NCBI RefSeq assembly: GCF_053102595.1
Contig: NZ_CM129850.1
Length of the DNA: 32,000 nucleotides
Strand: one strand, 5' to 3'
Every line of letters begins with the position of its first letter. Positions within the stretch are counted from its first letter, which is position 1. The translations under genes were made by a program, and so were the position numbers. Of this stretch, positions 26,650 through 32,000 are shown in pieces. Below the pieces are notes generated by a model. It worked only from the letters and a program-made list of their open reading frames with translations. It did not search any database and was not told the origin of the DNA.

Positions 26650-26781
26650 CACCTGTAAATAAACACGGCGCATGCTGGCGCGAATATCGCGGATGCGTTC
26701 GAGGACAGAAGAACCGACAGGCGGATTCTTCAGCTGCTCATCGTCCATCACAAAACCTTTGACCAGGTATTCCTGAAGCCG
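26650..26781 (-). pseudogene. Fragment of a rhuM-like (RhuM-family virulence protein) gene
   Basis: The minus-strand translation RLQEYLVKGFVMDDEQLKNP..LERIRDIRASMRRVYLQV resembles the conserved core of RhuM-family proteins (..EYL.KGF.MDD.RLK.....ERIRDIRSSE..). There is no start codon and no N- or C-terminal remainder. Confidence 0.4.
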
Positions 26782-26856
26782 ATTGAATATTGAGCAGTAT
26801 AAAATATCTGGATTGACAGTATTACGAGGGGTTGGAGAACGTATGAAGAGGCATTT

Positions 26857-26880
26857 TGGCGGAAGATCACAGGAGTCGAA
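26857..26880 (-). other. 24-nt copy of the 3' end of tRNA-Sec (selC): att-site direct repeat marking an island boundary, not a functional tRNA
   Basis: tggcggaagatcacaggagtcgaa is the reverse complement of ...TTCGACTCCTGTGATCTTCCGCCA, the 3' acceptor/T-arm end of E. coli selC. Identity stops abruptly at 26881, and no remaining part of the tRNA follows. Confidence 0.85.
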
Positions 26881-27015
26881 TATAAGTGTTAATGTGTTGA
26901 TTTTAAATGGTTAATGTGGGTTGGACAAATGAGTAACCCCCATAAGAACCCCCAAATGACTTTGCGTAAGGGAATGGGGCTAAAATACACAATCGAATCA
27001 ATTCTTAGAGCTTTA

Positions 27016-27858
27016 TTATGAAGGTAACACTCCCGGATAGTGTTTCGCAATAATATCATTCAGCCTGTCAACCAGTTCTGGTTTCCTGAACGTGATGTGC
27101 GCGGAGCCTTTCTTAAAGTATTTAATTCTGAACATTTCATCTTCATAGCGCTCTTTACCCTGAACGGACTGGATGTGACCATCCAGACGAATAGTGATGT
27201 TTTCCCGGTTGTCGGGGATCGGTTTGCCGCTGAACAGATGTAGCATTCTTTCCAGGTCGACGAGTCGGTCAGTCTGTTGCCCGGTGATAAGATGAAACCC
27301 CCACCGGTCCCACCTCACCAGGTTGTTGACGATAATTTTACTGCCAAATTTGCAGGGGCAATTGGTTTTGTAATTCCAGCTCAGTCCCCTGAAGACGTTG
27401 ATCACCCCTCGCTCAAACACCTCATCCTTATTCTGGTGTAGTTGTTCAAATGTGCTCAGAATGTTCGCTTCACTGATTTCCGGAAAATTATCGTACTCCA
27501 GTGACCGGTACCATGTATCACGGGCCTGTGCATCCATTAAGGAAAGCATCCCTGAACGTTGCATCAGGTCACGCCAGATTTCGCGATCGAGATTGCGTGT
27601 GATGGCTTTCATTGCGGTTTCCGGTTTCTCCATCAGCCAGCAGCCGCAGCGAAAATCCTGTTTCATGGCCCAGTCCGGGGCGGCTTTACCGCCAATACTT
27701 TCTGTCATTGCTGATATTTCAGCCAGTTGCCGGATAAGTGTGTCGATTTGCAGCAGTGTACTCTTTCGTACAGCCAGAATGTGGCGGATACTGGTTGAGC
27801 AGATAACGTCCGTATGCCCGGTGACCACTTCCGGACGGGAGATTGTGATGTCTGACAT
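27016..27858 (-). CDS. DUF4942-domain protein (280 aa)
   Basis: It is the last gene of the CP4-type module. The sequence (..MKQDFRCGCWLMEKPETAMKAITRNLDREIWRDLMQRSGMLSLMDAQARDTWYRSL..) is what I associate with DUF4942 proteins that follow cbtA clusters. Confidence 0.7.
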   Translation of the reverse strand: MSDITISRPEVVTGHTDVICSTSIRHILAVRKSTLLQIDTLIRQLAEISAMTESIGGKAAPDWAMKQDFRCGCWLMEKPETAMKAITRNLDREIWRDLMQRSGMLSLMDAQARDTWYRSLEYDNFPEISEANILSTFEQLHQNKDEVFERGVINVFRGLSWNYKTNCPCKFGSKIIVNNLVRWDRWGFHLITGQQTDRLVDLERMLHLFSGKPIPDNRENITIRLDGHIQSVQGKERYEDEMFRIKYFKKGSAHITFRKPELVDRLNDIIAKHYPGVLPS

Positions 27859-27942
27859 TATCGGTTTCCCTTTTGGTTTATAAACGAAAACGCCAGCCCT
27901 GTTCAGGCTGACGTCAGTGGAATGAAGTATGGTGAGTGATAT

Positions 27943-28140
27943 TTACCGGTTCTGGTGCAGAAGCTGCAGATGACGAAGAGTACGGACATCCTCCCGGGCC
28001 TGTTCGATACAGGGCAACAGTGCTGCCGAATCCGTTTTATCCTCATCGTTGTCAAAGATAATTCCCGATTCGCAGTCGATATTGTCCTGCAGCCACGCAA
28101 TGAGGATATCCAGCGCTGTTTCAGTGGTTAATGATTTCAT
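27943..28140 (-). CDS. DUF957-domain small protein (65 aa)
   Basis: The internal ATG at 28140 gives MKSLTTETALDILIAWLQDNIDCESGIIFDNDEDKTDSAALLPCIEQAREDVRTLRHLQLLHQNR. The longer 80-aa start overlaps the upstream gene and is rejected. Confidence 0.65.
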   Translation of the reverse strand: MKSLTTETALDILIAWLQDNIDCESGIIFDNDEDKTDSAALLPCIEQAREDVRTLRHLQLLHQNR

Positions 28141-28151
28141 GTTGTTTCTGG

Positions 28152-28640
28152 TTACCAGTTGAAAGTAGGTAAACCCGGCAGGCATTCAGCGCTGGCATCC
28201 AGATGAATGAGACTGACGCCATAACGCCGGATAAGTGTGACAACCAGACGGCGGAACATTTTTGACAGCCCCAGGCGTTTAAGCCGCAGAACCGGGTATG
28301 ACCACGCATCGGTACGTAACAGATATCCGCTACCTGTAAAATGAATCCATTCTGATTCACCGAAGTCACTGATCTGGTGCGACAGCGAGTACAGCCAGGC
28401 GTTGTCCTTGTCTGTGATATGCGCGGTACTGCAGCGTATGCCGGTAAGGGTTGTTAACGGTGGTGGTGTGCAGGTTGACTGTTGGTCGGAGTCATCCACC
28501 ACACGGAGTGAATAACCGTTTTCAGCGACCTTGTTAATCAGTTCAGTGAGATTAACACCATCGACGTCAACGACAATTCGCCCCATGTTCAGCGCCTGCA
28601 CGTTAACGCTGTCGGCTTCCAGTGTCAGGGCCAGTTTCAT
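28152..28640 (-). CDS. DUF5983-family protein (162 aa) downstream of cbtA
   Basis: Its start overlaps the cbtA stop by 4 nt (ATGA coupling). This is the conserved companion of CbtA-type toxins in CP4-like modules. Confidence 0.7.
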   Translation of the reverse strand: MKLALTLEADSVNVQALNMGRIVVDVDGVNLTELINKVAENGYSLRVVDDSDQQSTCTPPPLTTLTGIRCSTAHITDKDNAWLYSLSHQISDFGESEWIHFTGSGYLLRTDAWSYPVLRLKRLGLSKMFRRLVVTLIRRYGVSLIHLDASAECLPGLPTFNW

Positions 28641-29014
28641 TGTTGCGCCTCCGGATGCTTACCCTGGGTAATGTTATTTACCATTCTGTAATTGTCGCGG
28701 GTCATCAGGCCTGTTGCCCGGCGAGCCCGGAGGATATCGATGCTGTTTATTAACTGAGAGCGGGGACAAATGCTGAATCCCGGCTGGTCGGTACGCACCA
28801 GCGCGTATTTTTCCACGAGAAAGTTCACCGCATCACACAGTGAAATGCCTGCCTCAATATGCTGCTCAATCACACGTTCATCGGCGAACGGTGTGTCATT
28901 CAGCGTGAGGCCGTAGTGCTGGTCCAGCAGTCGGGTGAGCAGTGTCTGCCAGATGGTGACGGGAGACGGGCAGCGCGATGCCTCCCGTACGTGTGTATCG
29001 GGTAATGTTTTCAT
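28637..29014 (-). CDS. cbtA: Type IV toxin CbtA/YkfI/YpjF family (inhibitor of FtsZ/MreB polymerisation)
   Basis: The segment ..LLDQHYGLTLNDTPFADERVIEQHIEAGISLCDAVNFLVEKYALVRTDQPGFS..RSQLINSIDILRARRATGLMTRDNYR.VNNIT is near-identical to my recollection of CbtA (YeeV). Which paralogue it is remains uncertain. Confidence 0.88.
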   Translation of the reverse strand: MKTLPDTHVREASRCPSPVTIWQTLLTRLLDQHYGLTLNDTPFADERVIEQHIEAGISLCDAVNFLVEKYALVRTDQPGFSICPRSQLINSIDILRARRATGLMTRDNYRMVNNITQGKHPEAQQ

Positions 29015-29103
29015 ACTGAAGGTTTTCCTGATATGCAGAGATAAAAAACGGGACAGTGGCGTGGTGAAAACACCAGGCCGGAGCAGAGGGTTATTCCGGT
29101 GGT

Positions 29104-29472
29104 TTACTTTTTCGTTTCGGGCGTCGGATAAACAGCCAGATAAACGTAACCACAGGAGCCGAGGGTGTCGGCTTCACAGGTCAGCCCCTTCGCATACAGT
29201 GTCACGGTATGCTGATGGCGGGGATTCAGTTCACCGCTGGTGAGCATGAGTTCCAGTTGTTTCATCAGCAGTGCAAAGGCCTGGTCCAGGTGGTATGCAT
29301 CTGCATTGCTGAACCGGCCTCTGATACCGGCGCGGTCGGCAAGGTAATGCAACCGGTTACCCTCCTGCACCAGACGTGCCCCGAAACAGGGCGTCACGGT
29401 GCAGGGCAGTCCCCACCAGAGGCGGTCGTGATTGTCGTCGGGATGCGTTGTCCCGGGCAGTGTGTCTGACAC
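29104..29472 (-). CDS. cbeA: Type IV antitoxin CbeA/YafW/YfjZ family
   Basis: The 122-aa product ..WGLPCTVTPCFGARLVQEGNRLHYLADRAGIRGRFSNADAYHLDQAF..LMKQLELMLTSGELNPRHQHTVTLYAKGLTCEADTLGSCGYVYLAVYPTPE matches the CbeA (YeeU) pattern. It lies 89 nt upstream of the toxin gene. Confidence 0.88.
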   Translation of the reverse strand: MSDTLPGTTHPDDNHDRLWWGLPCTVTPCFGARLVQEGNRLHYLADRAGIRGRFSNADAYHLDQAFALLMKQLELMLTSGELNPRHQHTVTLYAKGLTCEADTLGSCGYVYLAVYPTPETKK

Positions 29473-29546
29473 GATAAAGTCCTCACAGAAAATCGGTTAA
29501 GAATGGTCCGGTGGCAGCGATAATTCGGCTCATCATTTCTCCTGAC

Positions 29547-29768
29547 TCAGTTCAGAGTGACGCTCATCAGCCGGACATACGGGCCAAAACTGTCCTTACG
29601 GCGTTCGGCAAACACAGCCAGCACACCGGGAATATCCTGCACTTCACGACCGGTATACGTCTCAGCACTGCCGTGCCAGCGGTACTTACCGGTGCAGAAC
29701 GGAAAAAGACGGGATGCAGGATGCTGTTGGTGAATACGCATGGCTTCACCACGGGTGATGATTTTCAT
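29547..29768 (-). CDS. DUF987 protein (YeeT/YkfH family, 73 aa)
   Basis: MKIITRGEAMRIHQQHPASRLFPFCTGKYRWHGSAETYTGREVQDIPGVLAVFAERRKDSFGPYVRLMSVTLN matches my recollection of YeeT almost residue for residue. Confidence 0.85.
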   Translation of the reverse strand: MKIITRGEAMRIHQQHPASRLFPFCTGKYRWHGSAETYTGREVQDIPGVLAVFAERRKDSFGPYVRLMSVTLN

Positions 29769-29836
29769 AGTGTGATACCTCTGAAGACAGAAGATAAAAG
29801 TGAAAACAGGTGTGATGTGGTTGTGACGGTGACGGG

Positions 29837-30313
29837 TTAAAGCAGACCGTGTTCGGCAAAGGAGAAAACCTGACTGCCACCAACTATCAGATGGTCCGGT
29901 ACCCGGATATCCACCAGGGCCAGTGCCTGTACCAGACGTTCCGTGATAAGGCGGTCTGCCTTACTGGGGGTGACTTCACCGGACGGGTGATTGTGTGCCA
30001 GCACCACGGCTGCGGCATTGTGATACAGGGCGCGTTTAATCACTTCCCGGGGATGGACTTCCGTGCGGTTGATGGTGCCGGTGAAGAGGGTTTCACCGGC
30101 AATCAGCTGATTCTGGTTATTCAGATACAGCACCCGGAATTCTTCACGCTCCAGTCCCGCCATGTTCAGAATCAGCCATTCCCGTGCCGCACGGGTGGAG
30201 GTGAAGGCCACGCCGGGTTCATGAAGATGGCGGTCCAGGGTTTTCAGGGCCCGCAGAATGAGACTGCGCTCGCCGGGCGTCATCTCTCCGGGCAGAAAGG
30301 AAAGTTGTTGCAT
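29837..30313 (-). CDS. RadC-like JAB/MPN-domain protein (YeeS/YkfG/YfjY family, 158 aa)
   Basis: The start MQQLSFLPGEMTPGERSL... at 30313 has GGAGAG upstream. The JAMM motif HNHPSGEVTPSKAD is present. The alternative upstream ATG at 30328 is less likely. Confidence 0.85.
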   Translation of the reverse strand: MQQLSFLPGEMTPGERSLILRALKTLDRHLHEPGVAFTSTRAAREWLILNMAGLEREEFRVLYLNNQNQLIAGETLFTGTINRTEVHPREVIKRALYHNAAAVVLAHNHPSGEVTPSKADRLITERLVQALALVDIRVPDHLIVGGSQVFSFAEHGLL

Positions 30314-30813
30314 TGTGCTTCTCTCCATTCAGTCGATGATGCGCATAATGGCGCTGCATTCCGGATGCTGCAGGGCGTAATCCCGCAGCCGGTAATAATG
30401 ACCGTCATGGCATAACACTCCGTACGACAGGCATGATGACTGTACGTCATCAGACAGGCAGCAATGCCGGCGGCTTCCGGGCTCATTTCAGCGCGGTTAC
30501 CGTTCATGGCATTGAACAGTACCCATGTTTCGTCATCATCGTCATCCGGTTCGGGTGCCATAAATGCCCCACCGTTGTTCAGGGTGTACAGATTCCAGAT
30601 ACCACCACAGTAGTCTTCGCACAGACGGTCCATCCAGCCGAAAACACGGGGCTCCAGGGTCACCCACTGTGGAATGAGGCCAAAATGCTGCGGCCAGAAG
30701 CTGATGCGCTGTTCATCAGAGACGGGAGTGGCAACCAGCTGAGGTGGGTTATTCCCTGATGCAGCGGTTACGGAAACAGAAGGTGTGGGGGAATTATGCG
30801 TAACGGTTGTCAT
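30280..30813 (-). CDS. KlcA/ArdB-type antirestriction protein (YfjX/YafX family), apparently frameshifted near its 3' end
   Basis: Residues 1-~137 follow the family pattern (..DEQRISFWPQHFGLIPQW..MDRLCEDYCGGIWNLYTLNNGGAFMAPE..AAGIAACLMTYSHHACRTECYAMTV). The remaining tail is unrelated and runs into radC. The adjacent frame encodes the expected ending HYYRLRDYALQHPECSAIMRIID with its stop at 30329-30331. Confidence 0.75.
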   Translation of the reverse strand: MTTVTHNSPTPSVSVTAASGNNPPQLVATPVSDEQRISFWPQHFGLIPQWVTLEPRVFGWMDRLCEDYCGGIWNLYTLNNGGAFMAPEPDDDDDETWVLFNAMNGNRAEMSPEAAGIAACLMTYSHHACRTECYAMTVIITGCGITPCSIRNAAPLCASSTEWREAQCNNFPFCPER

Positions 30814-30904
30814 GAGATTATTCCTTATAAAAAGTAAATGAATGGAAGAATGTCCGGAGGCAGGGACGGAAGTGAGTCAGGACTGCGCTTTCAGGGAAAA
30901 GGCA

Positions 30905-31723
30905 TCAGCGCATGCTCTCCAGCAGTGTTTCTGCCATCACCCACAACGCCCGGTTGAGCTTAATGTCGGTGTCGATGCTGTGAATGGTACGGGTATGGAT
31001 ACGTTTTCCTCTGGCACTGCGACCGGAAATCCCGCCTTTCAGCATATTCTCCTGGATGGTCTGATAAGCACTCCACAGGTCCTTACCGTAATCCTCCCGG
31101 CGTCGTGGCGTCAGAATGTCGGCGGTGGTGACGGGCTGATGTTCGTCACCATAACGGTAAGTCAGTGCCGCCTGTGCCAGCGCCTGGCGTGCCGGTGGCG
31201 GCAGGACCAGCGACTGCATGGCGTCACGTTTCTCTTCAATCCGGTCAAACACGCCCACCACCTCGTAAGCCCCTTCAATGACTCTGTCCACCACATTTCC
31301 CCGGTGCGGAACACGCACTTCCCCCAGAGACTGACCACAGACGCAGCCGTTCTGGCAGACGAACCTGAAGTAACCCGGCAGCATCTGGTAGCTGGAGGTA
31401 CCGTCATGGGAGTTCAGCAGGATGATTTCAGGGACATGTTGTCCGTTTATCTCCCCGTCACGGCGCAGACGCAGCATGTGTTTGGTATACCCCCGGCGGC
31501 CCGGGTCGCGCACACGGGTCTGGCAGGCGAAGAATGGCTGAAAGCCTTCCCGCTGCAGGCTTTCCAGGACGGTGATGGTGGGAATGTACGCATACCGTTC
31601 ACTGCGGGAGGTATGCCGGTCTTCCCCAAAAATACTGGGTACATAGTGCATCAGTTCTTCATGTGTCAGCGGACGGTCACGGCGGATCTGGTTTACATGA
31701 CCAAAACGACTTGCTAATCGCAT
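30905..31723 (-). CDS. DUF932 protein (YfjQ/YafZ family, 272 aa)
   Basis: MRLASRFGHVNQIRRDRPLTHEELMHYVPSIFGEDRHTSRSERYAYIPTITVLESLQREGFQPFFACQTRVRD... is the pattern I recognise from YfjQ/YafZ. It has the conserved position upstream of the antirestriction gene. Confidence 0.85.
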   Translation of the reverse strand: MRLASRFGHVNQIRRDRPLTHEELMHYVPSIFGEDRHTSRSERYAYIPTITVLESLQREGFQPFFACQTRVRDPGRRGYTKHMLRLRRDGEINGQHVPEIILLNSHDGTSSYQMLPGYFRFVCQNGCVCGQSLGEVRVPHRGNVVDRVIEGAYEVVGVFDRIEEKRDAMQSLVLPPPARQALAQAALTYRYGDEHQPVTTADILTPRRREDYGKDLWSAYQTIQENMLKGGISGRSARGKRIHTRTIHSIDTDIKLNRALWVMAETLLESMR

Positions 31724-31764
31724 GATTTGCTCCTTATGAAGAGTTACGCGGTATAAATGAAAAA

Positions 31765-31790
31765 GCCGCGTCTCCCGGAGAAGACGCGGC
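31765..31790 (-). terminator. Rho-independent terminator after the DUF905 gene
   Basis: The minus strand reads gccgcgtct-tctccggg-agacgcggc followed by ttttt. This is a 9-bp GC-rich stem, 24 nt after the TAA at 31814-31816. Confidence 0.75.
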
Positions 31791-31813
31791 CTGACAGATG
31801 AAATGAATGACGT

Positions 31814-32000
31814 TTATTGTCTGAGAAGCCCTTCACTGACGAGCCTCGCATTAAGCTGTTTTCCGGCATCGGGTTCAGAGTTCCGGCAGCACCAGCGTAG
31901 CTGACCTTCAGCATTGCGGATAACCAACCGGAAATGCATTCCCTGGTCATCTTCAATAAACACATTGCGGTAAGCTGTTATGACAGCAACCGCCTGCCCG
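31814..32000 (-). CDS. DUF905/UPF0401 protein (YkfF/YpjI family), 5'-truncated by the window edge
   Basis: This is not in the supplied ORF track because the window contains no start codon. The minus frame from 31999 reads [61 protein letters not shown]. This matches the family pattern ..Y.N..IEDDQG.HFRLV.R..EG...W...N.EPDAG..LN. Confidence 0.7.
   Translation of the reverse strand, partial: GQAVAVITAYRNVFIEDDQGMHFRLVIRNAEGQLRWCCRNSEPDAGKQLNARLVSEGLLRQ

Larger units (their letters stand above)
26881..32000. mobile_element. Distal (integrase-far) end of a selC-integrated genomic island carrying a CP4-type cryptic-prophage module; continues beyond the window
   Basis: It starts exactly at the selC 3'-end repeat. 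The gene set and order (DUF905, DUF932, antirestriction, radC-like, DUF987, cbeA, cbtA, DUF5983, DUF957, DUF4942) match those found at the ends of CP4-6, CP4-44 and CP4-57 and many tRNA-borne E. coli islands. Confidence 0.8.

Noticed and set aside
26857-26950. Possibility of an intact tRNA-Sec gene at this position.
   Set aside because: Only the terminal 24 nt match selC. The adjacent sequence (tataagtgttaatgtgttg...) cannot form the D, anticodon or long variable arms.
30842-31717. A 291-aa plus-strand ORF, and similar plus-strand ORFs at 29849..30415 and 27398..27883.
   Set aside because: Each is fully antisense to a gene with a recognisable family match (DUF932, RadC-like, DUF4942). They have no recognisable motifs and are GC-driven spurious ORFs.
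31744-31965. A 73-aa minus-strand ORF listed in the track.
   Set aside because: It is in a different frame from the DUF905-family reading frame that clearly matches YkfF-type proteins (31814..32000). It also runs through the terminator hairpin at 31765-31790.

Overview
This window looks like the selC-proximal region of an Escherichia coli chromosome, read in the direction adeQ to selC. The backbone genes adeQ (5'-truncated), yicN, nepI, yicS, nlpA, yicL and setC are recognisable and syntenic. Three accessory insertions interrupt them.

1. A two-gene toxin-antitoxin cassette lies between yicN and nepI. It pairs a RelE/ParE-superfamily toxin with an XRE-HTH antitoxin (HigB2/HigA2-like).

2. A roughly 19-kb islet (3714-22674) sits between the convergent 3' ends of nepI and yicS.
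- It encodes a 3,807-aa intimin/invasin-type inverse autotransporter. The domain order is LysM, beta-barrel, Ig-like stalk, then a C-type-lectin-like tip. The stalk contains 20 perfectly in-phase 291-bp tandem repeats.
- It encodes a HilA-like OmpR/ToxR-family regulator.
- It encodes an SPI-1/Mxi-Spa-type T3SS translocon operon: a SicA/IpgC-like chaperone plus SipB/C/D-like proteins. No injectisome gene is present anywhere in the window.

3. To the right of a 24-nt copy of the selC 3' end (an att remnant) lies the distal end of a selC-integrated island. It carries the CP4-type module: DUF905, DUF932, KlcA-like antirestriction, RadC-like, DUF987, CbeA/CbtA type IV TA, DUF5983, DUF957 and DUF4942.

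From memory, insertion 2 corresponds to the published eip/eilA/air locus of enteroaggregative E. coli 042, so I do not claim the main system is undescribed. The items I consider less explained are:
- the internal higher-order structure and compositional mosaic of the adhesin gene;
- a shared TCAT-rich motif upstream of the regulator and the translocon operon;
- a small ORF between the chaperone and eipB;
- the enlarged tip protein;
- a rhuM-like relic next to the att remnant;
- a 1-nt frameshift in the antirestriction gene.

All homology statements are from reading the translations. No database search was run.
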